This document shows, in pieces, positions 1-11,307 of a stretch of DNA of 64,000 nt (positions are counted from its first letter, which is position 1; every line of letters starts with the position of its first letter). The notes below the pieces were generated by a model. The model had not been told where the DNA came from. It was given only the letters and a program-made list of their open reading frames with translations, and did not search any database. This stretch comes from Picochlorum sp. SENEW3. Its lineage: Eukaryota. A program made the translations under genes and the position numbers. The stretch lies in NCBI GenBank assembly GCA_034226945.1, contig CP120455.1, positions 682,001 to 746,000 of the forward strand, in the 5' to 3' direction.

Positions 1-280
1 TGCTGGTTGCTGCGCAGTATTCATATAACTTCCACTTACTGGTGGTCCACCCATTCCTGCAAGAAGAAGACCAGATTACGCAAAACTCAACGACTTGGCC
101 GGGCGAACAACCAATCTGATCGACGGCAATAAGACGACCAGATCAACATCCCATGCTACAGAAAGACCAAAACTGATTAATTACATCAATCAACATACCT
201 GGATGCCTAAATTGCTGCTGCTGCTGTTGTTGTTGACCCGACCCCGGGGGGGCCCATTGATTTGGCTGTTGGCTCCCCAT
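1..280 (-). CDS. 5' part of a gene with a Gln/Pro/Gly-rich N-terminus; runs off the window; product unknown
   Basis: ATG at 280. Exon 280-199 reads MGSQQPNQWAPPGSGQQQQQQQQFRHP. Intron 198-57 (GTATGT...TTGCAG). Exon 56-1 continues in frame as GMGGPPVSGSYMNTAQQPA. Confidence 0.6.
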
Positions 281-513
281 TCAACGAGTCTCAAGCCCTT
301 CTGATTGATTCCAATATGTGTCAGATATTGTATCAAGACTATCTTGGGGAATACTGACTCTGGAACCATGTAGCCTTGAGAGAATTCTGCGAATTTAATA
401 TTCTATTTACAGAAGCAATGCATTCTTACACAACCATCCAGAGACTCGATCCATCCATCCATCCATCATATTTGATTAATTCCATATTGACAGAACACAG
501 AACAGAGATTGCG

Positions 514-1082
514 ATGGTTCAAGGGGATGAGCATACTCCTAGCAAAGTTGGCGCAGGCCTTTTTATAGTGTATGTTGTCGGACTCTGACTACTCTCTTCA
601 TGAAGCCACAGAAATGATCCATCGTGCTTCTATATACATGCAGGACTGACGTGGGAAAAGATGCGCCAAAGGTTTTGTTGCTGAAGCGAAGTATGACGAG
701 TGGAAACCCAGGTAGCTGGGGGTTGCCTGGAGGAAATCAGGACCTGGAGGATGAGGGCGATTTATACGTGACGGCGCTTCGCGAGTCTCGAGAAGAGATG
801 GGAAATGTGCTTCCTGCATTGCGGCAGATTGGTGCCGTGCTGACGAAGAGGGGTAAGCATTCTCAGAAGCATTATACAGTCTTCTTGGTTGAAGCAGAGG
901 ACGAACGGGTTCGAGAGACCTGGAGCCCGGCACTCAATGAGGAGCACTCTGAGTATAGATGGTTTGATGTTGCGACGTTGCACGAGATGGTTGATAGTCT
1001 GCATCCTGTGGTGGCACAGATGGTTGAAGAGGGTCCATTCCGGGACATTGTGCATACAAGTGTTGGTTTGACATCATCATAA
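514..1082 (+). CDS. Nudix hydrolase
   Basis: Exons 514-569 and 644-1082; intron 570-643 (GTATGT...TGCAG). Nudix box region WGLPGG...TALRESREEMG, plus NEEHSEYRWF. Confidence 0.9.
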
Positions 1083-1097
1083 AAAAAGAGAGTCATA

Positions 1098-3077
1098 TTA
1101 TACATCCTTTTTTGTATCATTATTTTGGACACTGATTGTCTTCACGTTCACATCCGGGTGGACGCGTACTCTCTTCTTCTTCTTCAGCCTCTTGTCTCGT
1201 TGCTGGCTATACGACGTTAGAAAGGCAGTACCAATGGCTTTCAGTACATAACCGAGCATCAATGTCAGAGCTGCTACAGTAATCCATAAAACTATCACAG
1301 TTGTTGCTATCAAAGCAAAAACCATGACTGATGAGAATGGTCCTGCCCATGCCATTGGTTTCATGAATATTTCCAATTGCAAGTCTGTGAAGGATACAAG
1401 CACTCTGAAAAAGAGAGCAGCACTAGCAAATGGTTCAATCCCAACTAATTTGTGCATTGTATGGGACTGTGATGTGCTCAAGTTTTCACACAAATCTTTT
1501 GTGAATTCGTTGTACACCCCTGGACGAATATCATTGAATTTTCCCAGGACTGCATGTTTCGTCACATCAATAATCACCTCTGCAAACAAGACATACAGGC
1601 ATTGTCTCATCATCCGGGTGCTAGGCAATGGTTGTCCTAGTCCGATTGATTCTTCAACCAGAACAAATGAGATGATGATGTACAGATGGAAACGTTCAAC
1701 AATGTCCTGACACGCCAGCACAAATAGCTTTGTTGGATCAAATCGTTTCAGTACTGTCCCTTTGATTTCTGTGAAATTAGAAGCAATAAGCAATGCCAAG
1801 AGAGTATTTTTCTTGCTATTCATCGCAACACCGTATACGAGAGCCTGAGCTAATAACACACCAGCATGAGCAACAAGCAAGACGAGTGCCACGATTGCAT
1901 CTGAGGCCACATGAAGGTAATTCCTTCCGGTAGGATTCGTTGACAGCAACGTGCAGCTTGCAGCGAGTGCTTCTAGAACATCGACTCCGAAAGAACAGCA
2001 TATTTTGTCTCCCAATTCAAGGGCTGTATGCAGAACAGAGAGCTTTAAGAATTCTTGTGTCAACTCCTTCACCCAGAAATAAATAGCCCCAGCTCGAATG
2101 TGCCATAGAAAGAGAATCATGACTGAGAATATACATATACAGATGAGATCATAAATTTGATCACCCCGTAGCAACATGGCACGTTTGTCATGAGCTTGCT
2201 TTCTACCACGCACCACCCCACATGCACCTGTCAACATGATCCACAGCACATGAGCCACTCGAAGAGGAAGAACGGTAAACACTCCCAGAAACGAATTCAA
2301 ACAAATTGCATTCCCAAACGCTAATAATCGCTCTAGATGATATGGAACATACAACAATGCATTGTATACTCGATCCCTTTCTGTCTGACCCCATATCACA
2401 TCTGTCGTGTGAAATACTGGTTCTGGGACAAACTCTCCGTGAATAAACTCATTCAACCCTTGCCTAGAATACATATCCGACTTTTCTACAATGACATCAG
2501 CATCCACACACGGGACATCCTCATGAGCACCCAACATGGATCCATCCCTGGCACTATCAAGAACTCCTTGCCTCTTCTTCTCAGTCACGTCTTCAACGAT
2601 TCCATGGAACGTATTCGCATGCTCGAGCGTCGTACTCATCGTCCTTTTGGGAGATTCTCTGGCCGTCAATGCCATTCTCCTGTCCACCTTGCCCACTGCA
2701 CTGCAGCTTGTCGTTTCTTCTAAATGTTCCAACACAGGGACACCATGATGTCCCCTCTCAGACACCTGTGTGTCCCTGTGAACATGCGATTGCGATGATA
2801 CATCGTTTTCACTTGCATCCACCCCTATACCCAAGGCATTCACTGGATTCTCGAGGTTTGTCAGCCTACCAGTAGACGAAGATTTTTTCAGTGAGTCCCC
2901 TGAAACAGCGTCATCTTCGATATGACGCTCTTCTCGTGCTGATAATGGTTCACATATCGTATCTTGTCCAAAATATTCTCCTGCAACCCCTTCTCGGGGC
3001 CCAAGAACCGAAGACTCTGTGCCTTCCACGTCGTGGGGGGCAGGTTTCTGGTCCTCTGACATGCTGATGTCGGACAT
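1098..3077 (-). CDS. TAPT1: TAPT1/POD1/Emp65-family ER membrane protein (DUF747)
   Basis: 659-aa ORF with a multi-TM C-terminal half and family motifs VPYHLERLL, LLIASNFTEIKGTVLKRFD, DIVERF, DVTKHA..KFN.I. Confidence 0.85.
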   Translation of the reverse strand: MSDISMSEDQKPAPHDVEGTESSVLGPREGVAGEYFGQDTICEPLSAREERHIEDDAVSGDSLKKSSSTGRLTNLENPVNALGIGVDASENDVSSQSHVHRDTQVSERGHHGVPVLEHLEETTSCSAVGKVDRRMALTARESPKRTMSTTLEHANTFHGIVEDVTEKKRQGVLDSARDGSMLGAHEDVPCVDADVIVEKSDMYSRQGLNEFIHGEFVPEPVFHTTDVIWGQTERDRVYNALLYVPYHLERLLAFGNAICLNSFLGVFTVLPLRVAHVLWIMLTGACGVVRGRKQAHDKRAMLLRGDQIYDLICICIFSVMILFLWHIRAGAIYFWVKELTQEFLKLSVLHTALELGDKICCSFGVDVLEALAASCTLLSTNPTGRNYLHVASDAIVALVLLVAHAGVLLAQALVYGVAMNSKKNTLLALLIASNFTEIKGTVLKRFDPTKLFVLACQDIVERFHLYIIISFVLVEESIGLGQPLPSTRMMRQCLYVLFAEVIIDVTKHAVLGKFNDIRPGVYNEFTKDLCENLSTSQSHTMHKLVGIEPFASAALFFRVLVSFTDLQLEIFMKPMAWAGPFSSVMVFALIATTVIVLWITVAALTLMLGYVLKAIGTAFLTSYSQQRDKRLKKKKRVRVHPDVNVKTISVQNNDTKKDV

Positions 3078-3279
3078 CCTGCACCTTTATTGCATATTTG
3101 AACTTCTGGGTGCAGAGATTCCGCCCAAGAGCCATATAGTGCATCCACTGACACACAAGTTTCGTAAATAAGCATTTAAATTCCCTCAGCCTCGTTCCAC
3201 GATTGATTGCTGTAGAACAGTGCTCCTTGTCATTCAATAATTAGTTTAGAAATATTTTATATTCCAGTATAAAAGCAAA

Positions 3280-4438
3280 ATGGTTGCAATGAGGATGTCT
3301 ACTGTTGGCAAATCGTCCAGAATGGTTGGGACACAGCCATTGGCCACAAGAATGACAGGCTCATTCCGCGGTCACAGTGCTGCTGGCATCATGAATAATT
3401 CATTGGTGAATGAAAGGAAATCTACCAAGGTTTGCGCTGCAAGTGTGAGTTGATTTGTTGCAATGGCTTTGCTTCCAAACAGGTGGGCACTGTATGGTTC
3501 TCACATCAAATACCATCTGAATTATGCAGGGGTCCAAGGTTGCGTTGGCAACGGCTGATGTGACTTTGAGTTTGGATGAGTTGAAAAGTTTGTTGGAGGA
3601 TACCTTGTGGGGAACAGGGAGGGGACTGTCTGCAAACAGTGATATTCGGGCAGAGGTGACAGATTTGGTGTCACAGTTGGAAGCAAAGACCCCGATTTCC
3701 GAGCCAAACGAGTCTTTGGATACATTGGGAGGAGAATGGAAATTGGTGTACACGTCAAACTCGGAGCTGATGCCATTGCTTGCCTTGGGAAGGTTGCCAT
3801 TGGTTGAGGTTGGAGACGTTACACAGAAGATTGATGCAGCATCTGGGAGTGTTGAGAACAAGGTGGAGTTTACTGTTCCATTTTCCAAGACCAGTATTGG
3901 ATCAACTGCTCGGTTTGATGTTAGAAGCCCAAAGTTGCTGGAGATTCAATTCACGGATGGAAAGATCTCCACTCCAGAGATCATGTCTGATTTCGAGCTT
4001 CCAGACACGGTGGATGTTGCTGGTCAAGTTGTAGATTTGAGTGGATTGAAGTCTGCATTGCAGCCTTTAGATGGGCCAGTCAGAACAGTGATTCAGCAGG
4101 CTGGTACATTTTTGGCTGGGCAGCCAGATTTCACATTCAAAACCCCAACAACAGTGAATGGCAAGACTCGTTCGACATGGTTACTGAATACCTACCTTGA
4201 TGAAGATTTAAGGATTGCTCGCGGGGATGGGGGTAGTTTGTTCATCATGAAAAAGTCACCCATGCTCGAACTGCCAGAAAAGGTGGAAATTGAGGAAGAT
4301 GTCATGCCGGAACCAGTGCAGCCAACAGAGTTTTCAAGTAGCAAAGAAGAAGAGCCAGAGGTAAAAGTTGAAGATCCGCTGGAGGAATTTTGTGAGGAAG
4401 ATCCATCGGCTGACGAGTGCAGGGTGTATGAAGACTAG
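3280..4438 (+). CDS. Plastid lipid-associated protein (PAP/fibrillin) with a CP12-like C-terminal tail
   Basis: Exon 3280-3444 is transit-peptide-like (S/T/R-rich); intron 3445-3529 (GTGAGT...TGCAG); exon 3530-4438. Fibrillin motifs GTGRGL, L.G.WKLVYTS, WLLNTYLDEDLRIARGDGGSLFIM. Ends DPLEEFCEEDPSADECRVYED. Confidence 0.92.
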
Positions 4439-4502
4439 GACTTTCTGTGTGAATGAATACGCATTTTTATGATGATTTCATCATCTACTACTACATTACA
4501 AT

Positions 4503-5540
4503 TCATTTGTTTAATTCCATCGTGTAAATTGTTGGCTTCAAATTATATTCGTTGCTTCGATAGATACCCAAATGCGTGTACACATCGGCCTTGTACAGCA
4601 TTCTCTTGTCCTGCATGTCCTTCATGCCTGCATCCTGGAGAGCCTTTTTGATTGCTTCTGCGACAGAACATGCGTCATTTTTATCCGAATAGTTCTCCGT
4701 ATATGCTAACAGTACATGTTTATCATCTGCTGAGCTCTTTGTGGATACTTTGATTTCTGAACATGTGTGCAAACCCTTGTCAAAGAGATGGTGTGCTAGT
4801 ACTGCCCATATACGGTCAACCTCCTCACTGGTGGGGAAAATCATCCACTTTCCATGCATGAGATTGAACTTTTTTGCTACAATATCGATATCGGATGCTT
4901 TTATGGAGCGCTGCGTCACTGACGGTACGAGAATATCCTCAAAGTATTCAACTGCCTGTAGGATTCTCTTCTCATCTGCCATTGTGGTGTAATGCAGGTG
5001 TGGCTTTGTACTACAATGAATCCATGCTGCATCACCACAAGACGTTTTTGAAGGAGGTAGTACTTCTAGAAACCTAGCAAATTCTGAATCTTCAGATGAA
5101 GAATCTACCATGCGCCTGGTAAAAACAACAGCCCTTTCAGGCCCTGAGGTAATTTGCCGAAATGTATGCGTTGGATGCAAGCAGGGCACTGCATCTTGCA
5201 ATGCCTGCCATTTTAACACACAATTATCGCTTTTTACCCGTGAAATCCACTTGGAGGGCCTCTCACTTGTATGCCTTCCTGGTGTATCTAATTGACCAAT
5301 CTCCTGGGAAATTTTTATTTTTGCTGCCACCAAGGCCCTCATACACTGCTCACACAGATCAATGTCCTCACACACTGTACACTGAAATCGCTTGCCAATG
5401 ATGGGCTCTGCCTCACATCCATCACATGTTATATCAACATGGTGCAGTTGCAACTGAATGTTCTCCTTTGTTTCCTTTGAAACGTCTTTAGAGAGAAATT
5501 CCCGGGCTACAGCGAACACGTCGCAGTCTGTATCTTCCAT
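4503..5540 (-). CDS. ZZ-type zinc finger + C11orf68/UPF0696 (Bles03, eIF4E-like fold) protein
   Basis: CDGC...CTVCEDIDLCEQC...HPTH; C-terminal GKWMIF...IW...KVS...YTENY...YKADVYTHLGIYRSN...PTIY. Confidence 0.8.
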   Translation of the reverse strand: MEDTDCDVFAVAREFLSKDVSKETKENIQLQLHHVDITCDGCEAEPIIGKRFQCTVCEDIDLCEQCMRALVAAKIKISQEIGQLDTPGRHTSERPSKWISRVKSDNCVLKWQALQDAVPCLHPTHTFRQITSGPERAVVFTRRMVDSSSEDSEFARFLEVLPPSKTSCGDAAWIHCSTKPHLHYTTMADEKRILQAVEYFEDILVPSVTQRSIKASDIDIVAKKFNLMHGKWMIFPTSEEVDRIWAVLAHHLFDKGLHTCSEIKVSTKSSADDKHVLLAYTENYSDKNDACSVAEAIKKALQDAGMKDMQDKRMLYKADVYTHLGIYRSNEYNLKPTIYTMELNK

Positions 5541-5975
5541 ATATATTTTTTACTCGTTCAGTTCGTCTGTATTCTGCGTAGAGTATCAGCACAAGAGGGT
5601 AGAGCATGCCCCTTTGGAATACAACGTCAATGCAAGAGAGCATTCAATGCTCTAACATGTATTTTTGCCATTAAGTAGTGATTAAAACATATATAAATGC
5701 ATTTCATATGGATGGGGCGGGCAATTAACAAGCATCCAATCAATGCTGGGATGAGTTTTGGGGATGAGGACAACCCAACAGAGCAATGCATGCATTTCCC
5801 TCATCATTCTTGGTCTTTACACTGTCAAACGCCCCATAGCCTGCATAAAATTGTTATTAACACTCATATAGTATCGTTCTTCTCAATATCTGCCTGTTTA
5901 ATAGCAGTGCTGATAGGCAGCGCATTGCATGTCAAAGAGTTCCTTTGGATATTTTTACGCTGAAATCCATTCATA

Positions 5976-7620
5976 ATGGCCCGAAAGAAGAGAGAAAGAG
6001 TTGAAAAACATAAACAGTCTCTGGGAGAGGTGTTAGAGGACCCAGAGACGTATGGAGTGAGGGTATGTTGGTATGCCATGTCCATGCATTGAAGCTGTTT
6101 TCTCACATCTGCGATCTATCCGTGTGCAGACCAAGCCTCGATCGAAAAAGAATAGACAGGACGATAGCGATGAGGAGGAAGAGGTGCTTCCTCCAGAGCT
6201 CACGGGGAAAATCATGCGTGAAGCTCACTTGCAGCAGGAAGAAATGAAAAAGGATAACGAGGATTCTAAAAAGTCCATGTACAAAGACTCGCTTGCAGGA
6301 GCGATTGCGAACTTGAAAGGGGATGCAGCAGATAGCGATGAAGAGGAAGCTTGGTCAGAGCCTGAGAGTGATTTCAATCCGGATGATTGGGAGGAAGAAA
6401 TTGATGCGGAAGATGAGGCTGTCCTGGCAGCTTTCATGTCAAAAGATGCATCGAACCAGAAGCAAAAGACGTTGGCTGATATCATCATGGAGAAGATAAA
6501 AGAGAAGGAAAGTGGTGGTGGGACAGTGAGGTGTGTGTGAATGCTTGATAGTGCTTGATGTGCAGCCCTTGTGTACGGTCTCATCATGGTTTGGGTTGAT
6601 GAGTACCGAAGTGGCGGGTTGCGATAGAATTGCATTTCATCATTATTATATTCATATTGAGTGTCGTGCTTACGTGGCGTGCTTGATGGGTGATGATTGC
6701 AACATTTCTGCCCCGTGTGTAGGTTTGAAGAGTCTGATGATTTTTTGACTCCTCCTGAATTGAATCCAAAAGTTGTCGAGGTGTACCGCGGCGTTGGGCA
6801 ATTGATGTCGCGATACACCGCAGGTAAAGTACCCAAGGCTTTCAAAGTTATTCCAAATCTGAAAAACTGGGAAGAGATTTTATATTTGACAGAGCCAGAG
6901 TCTTGGAGCCCCCATGCTGTGTATCAAGCAACAAAAATGTTTGTTTCCAATCTCAATTCTAGAATGGCACAGCGCTTTCTCGCATTAGTTTTATTGCCAC
7001 ATGTCAGAAACGACATTGAGAATAATAAGAGGCTTCATTTTGCTTTATTCCAAAGCCTGAAAAAAGCAACCTTTAAAGCTGGAGCTTTCTACAAGGGTAT
7101 ACTTTTGCCACTATGTTCATCAGGCGACTGTACCCTTCGAGAGGCAGTTATTATTACATCAGTCATTAGACGATCTTCTATTCCAGTGCTTCACTCTGCG
7201 GCTGCAATGCTTCGAATTGCAGAGATGCCATATTCTGGTGTGAACTCATTCTTTATACGGGTGATTTTAGATAAACGATATGCACTTCCATATCGAGTTA
7301 TTGATGCATTGGTGGATCATTTTTGCTCATTTACAAGGGAAGAAAGGCAGTTACCTGTTGTTTGGCATCAGTCACTTTTGTGCTTTGTGCAAAGATACAA
7401 GGCAGAGATACGCCGGGAGGACAAGGATTCCCTCAGAGCCCTTTGCAAAATCCAGCACCATTACCAGATCACCCCTGAAGTCTTGAGAGAATTAGATGCG
7501 TCCAAATCAAGAGGAGAGAAGGGCATGGACATAGAAGTTTCCCAAAACGTATTCACTGGTACAATAAAGGGAGCAGAAAATCCAAAGGACTTGGCTCCAG
7601 TCATCATGCTAGAAGACTAG
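5976..7620 (+). CDS. BYSL: Bystin / Enp1, 40S ribosome biogenesis factor
   Basis: Exons 5976-6062, 6130-6530, 6723-7620 with GT-AG introns and frame maintained. Motifs [48 protein letters not shown]. Confidence 0.95.
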
Positions 7621-7695
7621 TTGGTCCATTTCAAGTCACAGATTTTACACCATCAGTATTTCGTCGACGTTATTATTATTACATGGACAGTGTGC

Positions 7696-9486
7696 TTAGT
7701 TTTTGTCAGAACCCGATGTAAAGTGCATCTTTCTGCCGCTCGATGAATAATCACCACCACCGCCACTACTTCCAATCATTTGCCCCTTGGACCCAATGCC
7801 ATCAAGGGCATCTCTCCCTTTCCTCACGTCAGTCAAAAACTCATCCAACCCAAATGGATCTGCCTCCTCAGCACCCTTCTCAAACTCCACCGGACCACTT
7901 GCTTTACTTTTATCTCCACTGTAATCGACACCTGTAAAGCCCTTTGATGGCTTGAATTTGCCAGTGTCAACATCATCCTCATCACCCTCTCGAGCATTCC
8001 CTTTGCCACGATAAATGTCAGATCTGTCTGTAAACAATGGTTTATCATACAAATTATATGCATCTTCAGCCCCCATACCCGCTGCACCTCCGGTCTCTTG
8101 ATTGAACAACCGTTGATCGTACATTGCTTCGCCTGCACCAACCTTGGCCATTCCCAGAGCAATCTTTTCGGATATGTCACGATCTTTATCCCTGGTGATC
8201 TTTGATCTCTTGTATCCATGGGCATTTTTCGCTTCCAATCGCCTCTCTCGTTCTCTTTCCCTCCTCCTTTCTTCTCTAATCTCATCCCTTCTTCTCTTGT
8301 CCTCATCATACGCCCTTCCCCCATCTCTCCCACTCTCCCTGCGCTCTTCCTCCTCTTCCCCACTTGAATAGCTCTCTGAAGACTCTTCCACAACAGCAAC
8401 CCCTTGTTCTCTCTCCTGTATTCCACGTGACCCTTGCATTCTATCCATTCGTGCTTGCATGGCAAGATCACGCAGCTCCATCTCCTTTCTCTCCTTGTCC
8501 CTCGACATGAGCTCTTTCTGCATCTTTGCCCTCGTCTCTACAGCAGTACGCGCCTTCTGCTCTGCGATATAAAGAGCTTCAGAAAACTTGGCGAACCCAT
8601 CATTAATCTCCACTTCTTGCAACCCCCTCCCATCAGCAGCAAGCCTCTTATCCAAAGGAATGGTATACCCCTTGGCATTCTTCCAATTTGACACACATGG
8701 AGGAATCTTCCAATCCTTTTGATCCTGAGCAGACAATGCCCTAGGTGGCGAATGCATCACTGGCACAGGAGGCGATCCTGACCCTCGTGGCACCTTGATA
8801 TGAGAAAACTTTGGAGGCTCCAAAGGATCCACAGGCATATCCTGCATCTTAATAATCCTTGCTTTTGCAGCCCCTCCATTCGCAGGCGTATATTTCACAT
8901 ACTGTGCCTCCCCAGGAACCGTTGGTACATTTTTAGGATTCACTGCAGCTTGCTTCTTAGTCACCTTGAGAGCCAATGCTGCAGCAGTATCCTTTGCAAC
9001 TTGATCCTCCTCCTCATCATCCGGCCTCTCAAACGAATCATTCAACTTTTCCAACTTTGGAACCAGCGCTTTATGACCAGTTGCTATCCAACTATTCTCA
9101 TTCTTCCGGCCACGAGACACAATGGCGTCATAATTCACCTCCCCCTCGGCATTCACCGTCAGAGCCAAGGTTTGCTCTCCACGACCCCCTCCAGCACGCT
9201 TTTTATCAGGCCTTCCCATTTCCAATGGATACTGCGCTACATGAATCTCAGGATATGCCCCTCCTTGATCGAAATCAGCCAACCGACGAGGAATAAATCC
9301 CTTTCTTGCGCCATACGGTGGTGCATGTTCTGCTACCCGACGACGATTGGATTCCTTTCCACCGTACTGTCCTCCTTGGGACACCAAAGCCCGCTGCTCA
9401 TTTTCTAATTCACTATTATTTTTCTCGTCATCATGCTCCGCCGCATCTCCATGACGAGGAGCTGGCAAAGATGCCAAAAGAGACAT
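7696..9486 (-). CDS. SKIP: SNW/SKIP (Prp45) spliceosome and transcription factor
   Basis: DPLEPPKF, SPPVPVMHSPPR, WKIPPCVSNWKNAKGYTIPLDKRLAADGRGLQ, RDISEKIALG, YDQRLFNQ. Confidence 0.97.
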   Translation of the reverse strand: MSLLASLPAPRHGDAAEHDDEKNNSELENEQRALVSQGGQYGGKESNRRRVAEHAPPYGARKGFIPRRLADFDQGGAYPEIHVAQYPLEMGRPDKKRAGGGRGEQTLALTVNAEGEVNYDAIVSRGRKNENSWIATGHKALVPKLEKLNDSFERPDDEEEDQVAKDTAAALALKVTKKQAAVNPKNVPTVPGEAQYVKYTPANGGAAKARIIKMQDMPVDPLEPPKFSHIKVPRGSGSPPVPVMHSPPRALSAQDQKDWKIPPCVSNWKNAKGYTIPLDKRLAADGRGLQEVEINDGFAKFSEALYIAEQKARTAVETRAKMQKELMSRDKERKEMELRDLAMQARMDRMQGSRGIQEREQGVAVVEESSESYSSGEEEEERRESGRDGGRAYDEDKRRRDEIREERRRERERERRLEAKNAHGYKRSKITRDKDRDISEKIALGMAKVGAGEAMYDQRLFNQETGGAAGMGAEDAYNLYDKPLFTDRSDIYRGKGNAREGDEDDVDTGKFKPSKGFTGVDYSGDKSKASGPVEFEKGAEEADPFGLDEFLTDVRKGRDALDGIGSKGQMIGSSGGGGDYSSSGRKMHFTSGSDKN

Positions 9487-9782
9487 TGTACCCTCCTTCT
9501 ACTGTTGGATTTTTTCTGCCTCTAGTTCCTTCTATATGGAGTACAAATATATAGATACAGTGTGTAATACGTATATGGACATGTATGTGCCAATACAAGG
9601 CGAAATTCATCTGAATATACTAAATTCCTAGCGCTGTGAGATTAAGGAATTATATATATTCGGCAGGGGGTTGGGATACTCCGCATCGTCGCCAGCCTTT
9701 GTAGCCTTGCTCATCCCATACCAATATCATTTCATTCAGTCAAACATTAAAGATTGAGAACTGAATTCGATATAGATACATC

Positions 9783-11087
9783 ATGAACGCCTCAGCACGC
9801 GTCGGTGGCCAAAGGGTAGCTCCCTCCGTCGCCAAGATACCTACTACAGGCATCAACCATCGGTTCTCAACCCTCTATGGGAATAGAAATGTTATATATA
9901 TGAATAATGTGGCTATTCGAAAGTCCATTGTTGCTCAAATGACGGCAGAGGCTCGGGATGTGTCCACGCCTGAGACTGTTGATGCAGCGTTGCCAAAGGA
10001 AAGGGGCGAATTTGCTCATGATCTCACACGTGAACAGGAAGCTGCTGTGAAAGCGGTGAGATTAGCGAGTCACTTGTGTGATCATGTGCAGAGTCAGCTG
10101 AAAGATGCTGAGAAGGTCGAGAAGGACGATAGTAGCCCAGTGACAGTGGCTGACTATGGGGCGCAGGCTTTGACATCGTGGAGTCTGTTGCGATCTTTGC
10201 CTGATTTGGAATTCAAAATGATTGCAGAGGAAGATTCTGATGATCTGAAGACTCCTGAAGGAGCTGCCATGCTGCGTAGAATCACAGATTTGGTGAATCA
10301 TACATTGTCCGAGTGCGAAGAGGATGCTCCCTTGTTGACACCTGATGATGTGATTGATTTGATCGATGCCGGTCGATCTGACGGTGGACCTTCTGGACGA
10401 TATTGGGTTTTGGATCCTATTGATGGAACGAGAGGATTTGTGTCAATGAGGCAGTATGCTGTGTGCCTGGGATTATTGGTGGATGGAGAGATTGGGTTGG
10501 GTGTGCTTGGATGCCCCAACCTTCCACAGTGGAGTGTGTCTGATGTTGATTGCAACGAAACTGGAGCATGCGATCCATATGATGAAGTGGGTATTGGGTG
10601 CTGCTTTGCAGCTCATCGTGGGCGTGGAGCATTTGCTGGTCCTCTGTTCAATACGGAAGGATTGCCAACCATTCCAGTTCACTGCAATGATCTGTTGGCT
10701 CCAGAGGAAGTTCGTTTCATGGAGTCTGTTGAAGCAAAGCATAGTAATCATCACCTCTCTGCGGCTGTGGCTGAGGAGATTGGGCTTGAGCTTCCATCTC
10801 TCAGAATTGATAGTCAAGCAAAATACGGAGCTTTGTCTCGAGGTGATGCTTCTATATTCATGAGATTCCCTCCTGATACCTATAGGGAGAAGATATGGGA
10901 TCATGTCGCTGGGGTTGTTGTGCTTGAAGAAGCCGGAGGTGTGGTGACGGATGCTCTTGGTAACCCATTAGACTTTTCTCAGGGACGGTATCTTCCATAT
11001 TTGAATGGCGGATTGATTGCTGCAACACCATCAATGCACAGGGCAATTATTGCGGCACTGAAGAAGATCCGTGAAGAATCTTTATAA
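9783..11087 (+). CDS. SAL1: 3'(2'),5'-bisphosphate nucleotidase (HAL2/SAL1 family), probably organelle-targeted
   Basis: KDDSSPVTVADYGAQA, WVLDPIDGTRGF, RIDSQAKYG, EKIWDHVAG; N-terminal extension. Confidence 0.93.
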   Translation: MNASARVGGQRVAPSVAKIPTTGINHRFSTLYGNRNVIYMNNVAIRKSIVAQMTAEARDVSTPETVDAALPKERGEFAHDLTREQEAAVKAVRLASHLCDHVQSQLKDAEKVEKDDSSPVTVADYGAQALTSWSLLRSLPDLEFKMIAEEDSDDLKTPEGAAMLRRITDLVNHTLSECEEDAPLLTPDDVIDLIDAGRSDGGPSGRYWVLDPIDGTRGFVSMRQYAVCLGLLVDGEIGLGVLGCPNLPQWSVSDVDCNETGACDPYDEVGIGCCFAAHRGRGAFAGPLFNTEGLPTIPVHCNDLLAPEEVRFMESVEAKHSNHHLSAAVAEEIGLELPSLRIDSQAKYGALSRGDASIFMRFPPDTYREKIWDHVAGVVVLEEAGGVVTDALGNPLDFSQGRYLPYLNGGLIAATPSMHRAIIAALKKIREESL

Positions 11088-11307
11088 GTATAGTACTTTG
11101 GGAGTCGGAATGATATTCTTTGCCGCCGACGCCGTCAGCAATTAGTATTGCTTGCAAGCACAACATGACTACTACACCAAAGAAGCAACACATGTGCATG
11201 TTGCTCCATTGTTTCCTTTGAGTGCGATCACATAGTCATCATGATTGATTGATTTTTGAATACGTTGTGTTATATATTTACAATGAACAAAACGTGCACT
11301 CGTGGCA

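Noticed and set aside
448..468. (TCCA)n short tandem repeat upstream of the Nudix gene
   Set aside because: An ordinary microsatellite of about four units with no spacer structure; not CRISPR-like or telomeric.
6531..6722. Possible intronic C/D snoRNA in the longer bystin intron (GTGATGA near 6690)
   Set aside because: No downstream CTGA box D or terminal stem lies within the intron.
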